Shown: piece after piece, positions 12,718 to 26,123 of the stretch
Layout of the letters: each line of letters opens with the position of its first letter
How positions within the stretch are numbered: the stretch's first letter is position 1
Assembly (NCBI GenBank): GCA_013239625.1
Contig: MU054925.1
Location: forward strand, 22,191,496 to 22,255,495
DNA from: Lama guanicoe
Lineage: Eukaryota
Length of the DNA: 64,000 bases
Reading direction: 5' to 3'
The notes under the pieces: generated by a model
What the model was told of the DNA's origin: nothing
Databases searched by the model: none
What the model saw: the letters and a program-made list of their open reading frames with translations, nothing else
Program-made: the position numbers and the translations under genes

Positions 12718-13190
12718 TAAAGGATATTACTGTTTACTACAGAGGCAGTATAGTATAATGAAGAGACAGCCCAGTCTCTATTCTATCCTGATTACACTTA
12801 ACTTCAAGTAAGTCATATGTCCTTGATAGGCCACAATATGCAAAAAGGAATGGAAGCATCTCATCTTCCTAAAGGAGGACAGAAAGCCAAGTGGTCTCTT
12901 CAAGCCCATTCGGGACTAAGGTTGATTATTTTATAGCTTAGATTGGAGACATTAGAAGGTAACTGAATCCTTTCTCCATGATCAGAACAATCCTTCTCAA
13001 ATCAGTGTTGCCAGGACAGATCTCAAATCCTAGCAAAGTAATTGCATTTACCTTATAAATAGCTACCACACTGGAAGGACACTTTGGGGAAGAGAATATG
13101 AAAACAGTAGGTAATGTCACAAAATATTTATTTTAACATTTGGAATAGAGGAATAAAAGTCGTTTGACTTAGAGTCTCTATATGTATTTA

Positions 13191-13215
13191 TGTGTGTGTG
13201 TGTGTGTGTGTGTGT
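13191..13215. repeat. (TG)12 microsatellite
   Basis: Direct reading. Confidence 0.95.
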
Positions 13216-14910
13216 ACACAATTGTGTGTGCATAGGTGTGTGTACCATAGGGGTAGCCATAATTTCCAAAGCTAATGAAATTAATTATCCACAGAAGCTG
13301 GGTGGGGAATTACTTTTTATATTTGACTAACAAAATGCAAGGTTTATTGCATGAGTAGATACACTCTTCAATGATATCCTTCAAAGGGACATTACAGGCG
13401 ATCTAGACCATTTTCCAAAGGTTTAGGGCCAGATCTTAAACTCAAACACAGAACACTGAGACTCAGCACATGGCTTTTAATGCCACATCAGTTTGATTAT
13501 TGTATTTAAATAGTAAATTAGATATAATTCATATTCTTTCATACATCTGTTAAAGCATGATGCAACTGTATATAGGAAGATTAAGAGAGTTAGAGTAGAA
13601 AACAGCTTAACTGATTCCAGGTAGGAAGCTTTTAGTTCTTGACCTTGGAAATACCTATGTGGGAAAATGTACATTTTTAGTCTCTGTTATAAAACTTCTA
13701 TATGGTCCTGTCTAGTTTGAAACTTCACTGTCACTGCAATTGCTTCCAATAAAGTGTAACTACCTAGAGACAGTTGAAAGGACTCTAAAGAAGCCTATTC
13801 AAAATAATCTTTCTGTATGGCCTACTTATAAAAAGTGGTGTCAATATACATATTTTGATGATTTCCTCCAGTATTACATGAATCGAGACAGCATGTATCA
13901 CATAACTGGTAAATCTGAAGCTTAGAACCGATGCCAAATTTCCAATCTATGTTCCAGATCTTTTCCTCTCGACAAATAATGAAGAACATACTCAAAGTCT
14001 TTATTTTTTGACAACGTGGCTGTTGTCACATGATTTTACCTAAATTCACGTGTTGATAATTCAGGTCAAGCAACATTGCTGAATATAGTTAACTTTTTTT
14101 TTTTTTTGGCTTATGTGTCACATTTGAAGTCTTGACTATTTTAAGAGTTCCATCTTTACAAATGTCTATATTCATGGCTGGCTGTCAGAGGAGAAAAGTC
14201 TTCTTCTAGCTAAAAATAGGCAGATGGCATTACAGGGTCCAGAGGCTGCCTAGTTTCCATGCTAAGAATGTGCAGCCATAACACATTCTTTTTGGAGTGA
14301 CCAGTCAGTTACAAATAGCACCTAAACTAAAGGGAAGCAATGATATGTTCCTGTGGGTGAAATTGGGATGTATCATGAAGAGCCCCTGCACTGGGAATTA
14401 GGAAACAGGGACTCTGGTCCTAGTTCTGTGATAAAGAGTGGCCTAACCTTGGGTAAAATCACTAGCCTACTCTTTTTTGTTGTTGTTGAGGTAAGTGTTT
14501 CCTAGATTTATTTAAGGTGAAATAATCTGAAAACAACTTTCAAAGTAGTAAATACTCTACCCATGCAGTGACTGCCAGAATTGAGATTATATGTTAGAAA
14601 TCAATGCAAAACATTAACTTGGCAGGGTGAAACTACAGATTATATCATATTCATAATTTTATATAGGTTTTACTGATTTGCTCAGGTGACAGTGCAAATC
14701 AGTGATTGAGCCAAAATGGTGATTGCTATAAATTGTCAAAAAAGCTAAAATGAGTTGGTTGGATGGATCTGGAGGTTACATCTAGACTTAAGCAGGATTA
14801 AGGTACTGAGCACCACTCATTAATTCACCATTATAGGCCCAGCACCCAGCACAAACCTGGAACATAACAGCTGTCCAATAAATATCTTCTACCTTGATAA
14901 ATGATAACTT

Positions 14911-14962
14911 TCCACTGGAATTAAGAGATTTTGCAGTCCACTGGAATTAAGAGATTTTGCAG
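14911..14962. repeat. Perfect 26-bp tandem duplication
   Basis: tccactggaattaagagattttgcag x2. Confidence 0.97.
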
Positions 14963-15139
14963 TTAAACTGAAAACTTATTTAATAATTAATAGACTCATG
15001 ATGCGTTTATTCATCCATACTGTGAATATTTGATGAGCAACAATTATACCCCAAATACTATACTAGGTGCTGTGGATAAATGTTAAGGTAGTCAACTATG
15101 TGATACCTAATATCCCTTCATAAGAGAAAGTTTTTAAGT

Positions 15140-15370
15140 AATTTGGAGTCAAAAGATCTGGGTTCCAGTCTCAACTCTGCTTCTCACTTAGATGGTAACT
15201 TCTAGCAAATCCTTTAACTTTCCTGGTCCTTTGTCGATTCATTTGAAAAACGGAGAAAATAATCCTTGTCTCACACATGGAGTTGTGTGACACTCAAATG
15301 ATATAGCATGTGTGGAAAGGATGGGTGATCTGTATACACTCTGTTACCACTGGGTATATTTATTGCTGTT
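15140..15370 (+). mobile_element. MIR SINE
   Basis: tttggagtcaaaagatctgggttccagtctcaactctgc...catttgaaaaacggagaaaataat. Confidence 0.75.
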
Positions 15371-16530
15371 ATACTAACCTTTATGCAAATCCAAGTTATA
15401 CTTTCTTACCTCCACCAGACAAGGGAAAACCACAGATTTTACCACAGGAAGTCAAGATGAATACAGATTAACCTTATCTCTGCAAGGCATTCTGAGGCAA
15501 CTGAGGGAATCAATTTCGCATCTGCTAAATTTGATTCATCGCTTCTTGTTTACCTTGTGGGTCCACTTAGCAAGTGAACTGACAGAAATCAAAGGCCTAG
15601 ATTTGTCTCCTTATGCCCAGTGACTGCTGGCTACCTGGTCAGGGATCACCTCATGAATTTAATAGAAAACGCAGAAAATGTGAACCTGCTGGACAGAGAG
15701 CTCAGAGTTGTCCTCTGACAGGCAGCATTTAATAAGATGCCAGAATCACCTGAGTTTCATTCAAAGGGGCCACACAAGCTCTGAACAACAAAGACAAAGA
15801 AATGGACCAATTTTTTTCTATTACTGGAAAGATAATAATTGAATTAATAATTAACCCACCACATTACTTCTTCACTTTCCAAAAAAAAAAAAATCCACCA
15901 TATTTCTCCTTCATTTAAATGAATAAAACAAAATCCACCTATATGCCAGACAAATGGTCATTATTAATGAAAATAACCATTTTAATCATCTCTATATGTC
16001 AGGCAGTATATGAGGCATTTCATATAGCCCAAAAATTAGTATACTGTATATATGTATTTGCATGCAATATAATGTGTATGTGCAGTCAAACTGTAATAAT
16101 TCTACATAATAAAACTGAAAAAAAATTAAAGCACACTTTTTTCGTATTCTGATTCATTTTTGGAGGACAAAGTTGTCACAGAGAATATGGTTATGTTTGT
16201 ACCACTTTAACCTGATAATCTCGAACTGCTTAATACAAAGGGCACTTTGAAATTCACAATCAAACTCACTCAGTTATATAGATTCTACCCCTACCCACTG
16301 GCAGTGGGTTTCAGGATATGATCATATTTCACAGACTTGAAATAAGAGGACTGCTGGACTCTGTGGAGCCAATTTCATTACTTCTTTCCACTCAGATACA
16401 TATTTATTTATAAAGAGATCTTATCAAATCATGGATTTTGTGTGCTTTATCCTAAAACAATGACACCATTAAACCCTGCATGGCCCTGAGAACCTGGCAA
16501 AATGCATGTACCTTGTGGGAATATATGAAC

Positions 16531-16543
16531 CCACTAGGTGGCA
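16531..16543 (+). promoter_or_regulatory. Candidate CTCF binding site
   Basis: CCACTAGGTGGCA fits the CTCF core CCASYAGRKGGCR at all 13 positions; motif only, no binding data. Confidence 0.5.
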
Positions 16544-19500
16544 TGGAATCTATTAGTGATGCTTATTCAATGGTTTTGCCTTCAATCCCCCAATTTGGTG
16601 GGCCCATTTGATTTCCACTGGCATGGCATTGACTACTCCAAGACCTCCCCTCTTATATACAATAGTAACTTGTGGGAAAGGTCCAGGGAGGCGGAGGAAG
16701 TTGAAAAGATGGCAGGGAAAGAGTAGAGAGGGCAAGTAGAAATGAGAGAGAAAGAAATGAGGAGAAAGAAGGATGAGAAGAAGGAACAGGGCATTCTCTG
16801 TGCCAAGAGAGAATTGGGTGTTGTTGAGCAAGTCACTTGATCTTTCTTCTCCTCATGTGTAAAGACGTACACTTGGAAGAACCTACCCTTAACACTGACA
16901 CAGAAAAGGAACAGAAAAGAAATGAGCCTGTCTTCATCCTCCTTGCTAAGCTACCTGGACAAAGTAGTCCGTTTATTTACAGAGCCCCCTGCCCTACGTT
17001 TAGTTACCATTTCACTTACTCCTTGGAGCCTTTCACAGTCATCTTAGCTTGTAGGGTATCAACTAACGGGGATCTGGCTGCCTGGATATAAGCAAGCCGA
17101 TTATATGATACTCCCTCCCTGTTTGACCCTTCCCTATGTATCTTTCAGTAACTACTTTCTAAATCACTATTCTTTTTTTTTTTAATCTTTACCCCCCGTG
17201 CTCAGTCTTAATAAAATATCCCCTCCATTCATGCCTTTTTAATGCAATTTTAGCCAGAATGTAGCAACTGGTAAGCAGACATTCCTATCCCTTCCTCCTT
17301 GCAGAGCTTCCTAATGGAACAAGCAAGTAGGCCTAATTTTATTTTGTATCATCACCACTTAATGTAATAGTGCTCAGTACATCAGGTAGCATGAGTATCA
17401 AATAGGCAAATGAACCATATGTTTCCATGTTTAAGGAAGAATGACAGGCTGCATAATGCTGGGTTTATTACAATCTCCCTTCTGTGCTGCCTCTTCGTAA
17501 TAAAATTTTAAATTGTTCATACTCAAATCCTGAGAGCCTTGTTAAGGTGAGCCTTTCTAAGGGAATACATGCTAAACTTGTCAAGAGTCATCTGATACCC
17601 TGCCTGTGTCACACAAAGATGTAACAAGCTAAAATCCTATGTGTGCTCCTGTCAGTCTTGCCCTATTTTTTCTCTGGACATCCAATTCTTATCCCCACTG
17701 GCCTTCACTAGCCTGGAGCACTGACCCTTTAGCACAATTCTTGCAGAACCACTTACTTGCCATGGTCTGAATAAACTCCAATCTGTTAAAGATGTAAAGT
17801 CTGCCTGTAAACCCAGCCTACCCAGCTGGGTGTGCACTGTTTTACACTGTTGCCTTGAGTTAGACTATTATAAATTTAGTTCCTTCTTCAGAAAATTTTA
17901 ATGATAGTAATAACACATCGTGGATTTAAGCCAAGGGCAAACATGACAAAGCAAAGGAGTTCGAGAAGTAAATAGAATCTTACATATTGTTGTACTGTAT
18001 CCTATCACGGGAAATATGTAAGTTTCATTGTAGAATTGCTGTGAATTCATAGGCTAGATTGGTAGGTTTCATTATCATGCATAAGATGATTATGTGTGAG
18101 ATTTTAAGATCATACATGCTTATGTGTAAGAATCTTGTGAAAAATGTAGATCCCAGAGCTTTGATCTAGATTTTGGGTCAGAAGGTACAAAGCAGGGCTG
18201 GGGAATCAGAATTTTTATAAGTTTACTTGCTCTGCTCTCACGAGGAGCTGAGAACATTAATACAACCTAGAAAAACACTGCTTTGGTGCAAACATATTAC
18301 TTAAAAAATAGAACCCTTGTTTTACTTTCTTTCCATCCAGAACTCTACTTCCTATACCAACATGTTCAGCTCTTCATCTTATCTCATTCCTGAGGATATG
18401 AAAGTTCTTAGTTCAGTTACTTTTTGAAAATATGAATACAATTGGCCTTGGAATGGCATCTACTTACTTAAATGCTGGCTTTTAATCTGAGTGACATTTA
18501 TATCTTTCAAAGTTTACATAAATATTCAACAGCAATAATTTTATGGACAGAAAAGGTTAGTTATTAAGTGCAATTTATACAAATGACCTTTAGTTCTTGG
18601 TTTGACTTTGGAGGAAAGAAGTGATTACCTGATATGCTTAGAGTATAATGCTCCTTATGTAGAAGACTGTTATGTGACAGGTACTTGTTACACCCACACT
18701 TTGTTAGAGATACTGGTGGGTGTAGAGAAAATAAATAAATAGAGACAAATAGAAAAAAAAATAGAACTGCTATTTTGGTAGAAATTACAATCCAGCTGAG
18801 GAAATAAAAGACAGACCAATTGTGTGTCACTTAGTCTTATTAATATCTTCAAAGAAGAGGGACACTGTCAGAGCATTTTTTTTTAAGTCACTGGCTATTA
18901 TTTCCCTATTTCCTTTATCTTTGTCCTTTTTTCCCATAGTAGTTTTTTTTTTTTTTCCAAATAGAGTTTATGCGAGAGCCACTTTCATAGAACAGTTAAA
19001 ACTGAGCCAATCTGGCTAATGTCCTGGAGGGGAATCAGAGCCCCTCCCCACTCCCTACTATTTCCTCTCTGCCAGAAGCAGCCCTAAGAATCCCCTGGAT
19101 CTCCTGAGAGCATAGGTGGGGAATCACTGATTTGGAGTGACAAATCAAGTCAAGTGTGACTTGTCAAACTATTCATTTATTTATAAGCATAGCTGCAGAC
19201 CAATTTGACAGGCCATGTGAAAGATTCTAGGTTTATAAATCTGAATGAACTCTGAGTCTCATGGAGGAAACAGGCAGGTCAATCGCTCCAGTGCAGTGGG
19301 GCATTTGTTACCACATTCAGGAGGTGATGAAGGGAGTCACTAATGCAGCTTACAGAAGTGAAAAAGGCTTCAGCAGGCTGGGGGTAACTGAGCTGAAGGG
19401 AAGGCAGGACACTTCCTTGAAGAGGAAGGTAGGAGGAGCAGGTTTACTGTGTGGCTGCCTTAACCCCCAGTCAGTGTCATACTTGGTGCCAGTTTGATGG

Positions 19501-19702
19501 TTTCGATATAGACTTCCCCTCCTCAATTCAGGATATATTTCACCCATGATTTCTCTCTTTTGTGAGTCATCCAACAGTTGACTCTTTGACTACTCAGGGG
19601 ATACTTAAATATACATAATTACATACAGTTTTAATTCCATCTCATATTAAATTAACCAATACAGCCAGAAATCTACCTTTCTCATAGTTGACCCTGAGGC
19701 TC

Positions 19703-19753
<51 letters not shown>
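19703..19753. repeat. (ATA)17 microsatellite expanded from a MIR tail
   Basis: Direct reading; explains the poly-Ile ORF 19688..19870. Confidence 0.95.
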
Positions 19754-19754
19754 T

Positions 19755-19985
19755 CCACTTATAGAATATCTATCATGAGTAGACAGTGTGCTAAGATGTT
19801 ATATACATTTCATTTAATGTTTACAAGACACTTATGGGTTTATCATTTATTTATATTTTTAGATGGTTAAAACTAAGAGAAGTAAGGCATCACATCCACA
19901 GTTACAAAGACAGTAAATGGTAGAAAAGTGTTCAATTCTAGGAGACTCTGATTCCAAAGCCATGTGTAATCTTAAACACCACACT
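19755..19985 (-). mobile_element. MIR SINE
   Basis: agacagtgtgctaagatgttatatacatttcatttaat...ttttagatggttaaaactaag...ctctgattccaaagcc. Confidence 0.7.
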
Positions 19986-22622
19986 GTAGGTTTTTAATTT
20001 GCTTGCTGATGGAGTATAGTATCCATCTGTGGAGCTAAAGGCAGACTGCCATACTATACAGATCGTTTGTTCCTTATTTTTTACAATTAGACAAAAACTC
20101 TTCTGAAAACAGTGATATACACAAACTCTATTTTTATATCAAAAAAGGTATAGAATAAGTCCATATGTTGTCAACATACTGATAGATGAAATCTTAATTT
20201 ATGTCAATAAAATAAAATAAATCAGTCCTCTTAGTGGCTTAGCATTCTGTATCCACAATATTCAAATGACTGATTGGATTTTTAATGTAACATACAACAT
20301 AATTTTTGGTGATACACAGATATGAAAATTCAATAAACAGGGATAAACTCCCTAAGCTCCATAAAGGACTTGATCTAGGTATGGAATTATGTATTAAAAT
20401 TAAGAAGAAAGAATAAGAGTTAGCAGACAAGGAGGCACATGCAAGTTGGTCTCCTATTCTCAGCCAGGTTGTAAGCTTAGTTTTGTAAAGACTATCAGGA
20501 ATACAATAATTCAGTAGCCTAAAGGGATCCAGATCCCACGAACATCCATCAATTTCAAAACACCACCTATGTTCAAGATAGCAGGTAAAGCATTTCCCAG
20601 ATACGCGTGTTCTGAAATCACTGAATTACGGAGCTGCAGTGAAAAGACTGATAATCATCAATGTTCCAGCCCAGTGCCCTACTTTTTATAGTTGAGGGAA
20701 ATCAAGGACTTCAAGGGTAAACTTACTAGTTTAAGTTCACCTGGTTATGTTTGAATCTCATCTCTCTATCTCAAAGTATGCTGCAGATACAACTTTACAT
20801 CTGCAAAATTTCAAAGCCTTGAGGAAATCGCACAATAGGCTCATCATCATAAATGTAATGAAAGTGGAGCCAGAATGTCCTCACAATGTTCAAACTTCTC
20901 CATTCCATTCCACACAACTCTTTCTCCCATTGTGTTTTCAACTGGTTCTCTTCTAGTTATTTTGGGAGCATACTTTTTAAAACATTTCTTTTAAGCCTTG
21001 TGTTCACAAACTTTTTTGTACTTTGCCAACTTTATAATCTCCTATCTTTTCTTCTGATTTGCTTGGGCTGTACGGCGTGTTAGCATTTGAATCTGTATTA
21101 ATTCTCATTTGTGTTTTCTCAGGCATCCTAAAATACTGCAGCAAATGGAGACACTTTTCTTTATCTTTCCCTTCTACTGAACAGCTAAATATTCCTCTTA
21201 GGCTTCTTTCACTGGATTAATTTAGCTAAGCTTTCCATCTGAAACTGTTTTGTGTTAAGGTTAAATCACATATCCTTAACATTTTATAGCAATCAGCCTA
21301 GCAGCATACTTTTTGGCATGCCATCGAAATAAAGATGTATCATAACACCAAGTAATTGTATTATTTAGCAAAGACTTTTATCTGCCACTTCCTAATCTAT
21401 GTCACAATTCAGTCACCCTGAATCTGCGTTTGTGTTGTATATTAGCCACTACAAAGCTGATGCTTAAATTATTTGTGTACATTAGATAAGGAGTCACATT
21501 TTGATGAATTAATTCTAAGGTCTGAATATCTGATGCTTGAATTCTGCTTTGGAGTTTAGGACAGTTGAACAAAAAAACTTAACTTTGAACATCTGGCTGT
21601 TCACACCAGTAATCACAAATTAGGAATAAAATGCAACTGCAGGAATAGAAAAAAAAATTAAGACACTGGTGGCAGTAATATTTTTATTTCCATGACAATT
21701 AAAATTTGTTTGAGTCAATTTTTAATCTCCAGATAACACTTCTAAACAATGCTTTGCTAGTTAAACCCCTTCAGTTAAGTGTATAATGGCCCCCAAATCA
21801 TCTTTGATTAATCAGTTCATGGGAAACATATCTTCAGCTATTTAATCTGTTTAAATGCATATTCTTCTAGACTGTTAAGAGTGGTGGAAAAGGGGGATCT
21901 TAAAGTCATCCATGCATCTATGTTTCCTTGTTTTTCCTCTAGTCACTTGAGAGAAACTCTCTGATAAAACATAACAAAATTGAATTTATTTGTGCTACCG
22001 ATTGGCGATGCCACTTCATGCAGGTTTTTATTTTTGTTTACTTTTCCTACCCCAGCCACCTCCCACTACACATATAAATTTAAACACACTGTGCTTGATG
22101 TGACACAGTGTAAGAGACCAAAAGAACACTATTACTTGTATGGAGTTCAGACAGAAGCTAAGGAAATAGAACAGATACAATCACTATATTTTCTGTAACT
22201 CAATTAAATAATTAGGACCTGCCCTCAACAGGGTCCATATTAACATAAGAATTTTTAAAATGCTATTACAGCCTTTATTAAAACTTCAGTATCATGATTG
22301 GAATGGCATTAATGAATGATTAAGATCTGCTCCAAATTCTAAAATTTCTCCTTGATTAAGACTGATTTGAATGTTATTTCTTTACCTCAACTCCTGTGCT
22401 ACCATATTTATATCTATGACTAGCTTTTAGTTTTAAACAAAGAAGTTACTTGCCTTAGAGCTTTTCTGTTAGTTTACCCAATTTATTAGTAATAGTAACA
22501 AAAACATATCTTAGCCTAGAAAGAAAAGATTATAAAGGTTTTGGGGTAAACACAATCAGAAAACATGCATTTATTAAGTATCCACAAATTACAGGTATTC
22601 TTGAAAAATACAAAGAAGTAAA

Positions 22623-23355
22623 GAATAACAGCTACCATTTGAAGGGTACTTATTATCCTCTAGGCTTATCCAAGCATTTTTAATACGTTTCTGAAATCTA
22701 ATTCTCAAACAGACATAGAAGCAAACTTATAGTTACCAAGGGGGAAAGGTGGGTGAGAGGGGATAAACTGGATTTCAAGATTTGTAGATACTAACTACTA
22801 TATGTAAGATAGATAAACAAGTTTCTTCTGTGTAGCATAAGGAACTATATTCAGTATCTTGTGGTAAACCATAATGAAAAAGAATATGAAAAGGAATATA
22901 TGTATGTATATGTATGACTGAAACATCATGCTGTACACCAGAAATTGACACATTATAAACTGATCATACTTCAATAAAAAAAAGTATGTGCATGCCTTAC
23001 TTTCATGAAGAACATTTTAATTAAAAAATAACTCTAAGAGAAAATTCGTGGAAAGCTGTGGTATAAATTATTATTATTTACAAATATTTGCTCCCACTCC
23101 TTGCCCTATACTGACTATACTTCAATTAAAAAAAAAAGTACTTGCAAAAATAAATTAAAAAATGAGAACTAGTAACAGTCATATCAAAAAAATTAATTCT
23201 CAAGACAAACTGATATTGTTACTACTGTTATCCACATTTACATGTAAATTTTACATAGAAATCAAGCAAATGCGTCTAAAGTTAACAGTCAACAAGATAG
23301 AACCAGAACATGAAGCAAAAGCAAGCTGACTTGAGAGTCCTTGGTCTTAAAACAC
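22623..23355 (-). mobile_element. MIR SINE split in two (22623-22708 and 23204-23355) by an L1 insertion
   Basis: aataacagctaccatttgaagggtactt...ctaattctcaa | gacaaac...ttatccacattttacatg...gctgacttgagagtccttggtcttaa is collinear with reverse MIR. Confidence 0.65.
22709..23193 (+). mobile_element. 5'-truncated L1 3' end (22709-22983) plus ~210 bp extra 3' sequence, bounded by a 10-bp TSD
   Basis: cagacatagaagcaaacttatagttaccaagggggaaagg...atacttcaataaaaaaaa; taattctcaa at 22699-22708 and 23194-23203. Confidence 0.8.
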
Positions 23356-23427
23356 CCATATCATTTGCTTCAAAAAACGTAGCTTTCAGTCTATCTAGAG
23401 AGTAAAAACTCGTCTAAAAAGAAAATT

Positions 23428-24500
23428 ATGACAAAGGAGCAAAGGCAATACAATGAAGCATAGTCTTTTCAACAAATGTTCCTGATACAACTGGATAGCC
23501 ACATGCAAAAAGGAGAACTTAGACACAGACTTTACACGCCTCACAAAAATTAACTCAAAACAGATCACAGTTCTAAATGTACAACAGGGAACTGTAAGAC
23601 TCCTAGAAGATAACATAGGAGGAATCTTGGGTATGGCCATGACTTTTTAGATACAATGCAAAGGCACATGAAGAAAAGACATGATAAGCAGGGCTTCATT
23701 AAAATTTTAAAAACTTCTGCTCTATGAAAGACAATGTCAACAGAATGAGAAGTTAAGCCACAGACTGGGAGAAAATATCTGCAAAATACACATCTGTGAA
23801 AAACAGAAACTCTTAAAAGTCAAGGATAAGAAAACAATTTGATTAAAAAATGGGCCAAAGATCTTAACACACACCTCACCAAACAAGACATACAGATGGG
23901 AAATATACATTTGAAAAGATGTTTCACATCATACGTCATCAGGAAAATGTACATTAAAATAAGGTATCACTATCCACCCATTAGAATGACCAAAANNNNN
24001 NNNNNNNNNNNNNNNNNNNNNNNNNNNNNNNNNNNNNNNNNNNNNNNNNNNNNNNNNNNNNNNNNNNNNNNNNNNNNNNNNNNNNNNNNNNNNNNNNNNN
24101 NNNNNNNNNNNNNNNNNNNNNNNNNNNNNNNNNNNNNNNNNNNNNNNNNNNNNCTTCTTAATGTTTACCCAAAAGACTTGAAAACTTATGTCCATACAAA
24201 AATCTGCATATAATAAAATTTATAGCATAGTTATTCATAATTGCCAAAAACTGGAAACAATCAAGGTATTCTTTAGTAGGCAAATGAATAAATAAACTGG
24301 TACATCCAGGCAATGGAATATTATTCAGTGCTTAACGGAAATGAGCTAACAAGACATGAAAAAACATATAACAAATGTATCGCTCTGGTAGGGAATGTTG
24401 GTAATCTGAGAGGCTATGCATGTGTGAGAGTATACAGGAAATCTACCTCTCTCTCAGTTTTCCTGTGAACCTGAAACTGCTCTAAAAAAAAAGTCTCAAA
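23428..24500 (+). mobile_element. Old L1 (L1MC-like): degenerate ORF2 C-terminal region and 3' UTR with internal deletion; contains an N gap
   Basis: gacaaaggagcaaaggcaatacaatg...agtcttttcaacaaatg; ORF track IKKWAKDLNTHLTKQDIQMGN resembles ORF2 C-term; 3' end ctgtgaacctgaaactgctctaaaaaaaaagtct. Confidence 0.85.
23996..24153. other. Assembly gap (158 N)
   Basis: Run of N. Confidence 1.
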
Positions 24501-25983
24501 AAGAGAAAGAAAAATCAGAATTTTCTTTTTGAAGGCAACAATGATTCTGACAATGATTCAATAGAAATCATGATCAGAAGACCTGTATCCTGGCTGTGGC
24601 TAAGGATGTTACTAAACCTCCTCGCGTATAAGTTTACAGATGTGGAAAAAAAATGCTCATCTTTAATATTTGGAGAGAGAGAGAGTACGAAGAACTGTAG
24701 TAATTAAGAGGAAGGATGTGATTGATAGAGAAAGCTATATATCTTACCCCAGTCTCCCTAGGAAACAAAGCTAAGAGTTAAGCAAGTAACTACAGGCAGC
24801 AATGAAGGATATTACACTAGCCACAAACTCACTTTAAGCCACAGCGACACACAACTGGTTGGCTGGCATCAGTCAGCCACATAGACTGTATCCAGCCAGA
24901 AACTACTTGGGAATAAATAGTCTTGCAAGGAAAGAAAATGGGATGTATCTGCTGGCTACCCCTTTGCTGGTAGGGTTGCATTACCTGGATCTTTGACAGC
25001 CAAAAGAACCTAAGGACATGAATATGGTGTGTCTGTTTCAGTGGAAATCAAAGCAGGCTTGAGAGGATGGATGGGATTCAGATAAGCAGACTGGAGTGCA
25101 AATCTTCTGCTAGATACTTGAGGAAGAGACTCTGTTTTCATCTGGCAAGTCTGTGAAGGATGTACTCTAAGAAAGATCTGCAAATTTTGAGCATTTGTTT
25201 TCTCTTAGGTACTTAGCAACTCTTCCCTGAAAATATTTGTGCTCTTTCCTAAAAAGCAGACAAAATAAGAGATAATAACACATTTAAGAATTATTTCCAT
25301 AAAACTTCTGGTATGTGTTTTTCTCATTTAGAACTGATTAAAGATTTTAAGTGTGTTGTGCTTTCCTGAAGGTGATCAGTATCATTTAGTAGAGAGGCTA
25401 GATTTTATTTCCTGTGCCCAATCATCTCTCTCTTGAGATGGCACTTCATTTTGCCTCTCTTTTTCTTTTTTTAATCTTTTTTTGAGTTCTTTGGGTTTTT
25501 TGTTTGTTTTGATTTTTGTTTTACTACACTGATGATTTTATAAGGGATGATAAAATAAGTTTTCATAACCTACTGATTATTTAAATTTGCCCTGGTCAGA
25601 GGTGTGAAATATTTTCTGTGTAGAACTGCCATGAGAGCTATTGAAAATTTTTGACATAAAAAGATGGAAAAGAGAACTTTTACTTTGACTTAAATGAGGA
25701 AGTTTTGGTATTTACTTATTTTTTGATCATTTTTGTAGCTTGTTAAAATAAGGAATTTTTAAAAGATAGCTTATTAAATGAGATTAGCATAGATATTACA
25801 CCTTAACTATGATAAACAGGTGCTAAAATTATTAAAATGTAATATCAATATTTGATCTAAAATGGATTCCAGTGAGACATTTTACCTAAAACCTAAATTG
25901 TGCAGAGTCAAAATTCATACATACTTTTCTACTTCTTATCTAATTCATTTTAATCCAATCTATTTTACATTTTCTAGATATCA

Positions 25984-26123
25984 NNNNNNNNNNNNNNNNN
26001 NNNNNNNNNNNNNNNNNNNNNNNNNNNNNNNNNNNNNNNNNNNNNNNNNNNNNNNNNNNNNNNNNNNNNNNNNNNNNNNNNNNNNNNNNNNNNNNNNNNN
26101 NNNNNNNNNNNNNNNNNNNNNNN
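25984..26123. other. Assembly gap (140 N)
   Basis: Run of N. Confidence 1.

Noticed and set aside
14911-14962. 26-bp (and 55-bp at 42308) direct repeats as CRISPR-like repeats
   Set aside because: Only two abutting copies with no spacers; simple tandem duplications.
19688-19870. ORF with poly-isoleucine
   Set aside because: Translation of an (ATA)17 microsatellite and adjacent MIR.
23839-24213. ORF resembling L1 ORF2 as an active element
   Set aside because: Degenerate fragment, extended artificially through Ns; the element is truncated and internally deleted.
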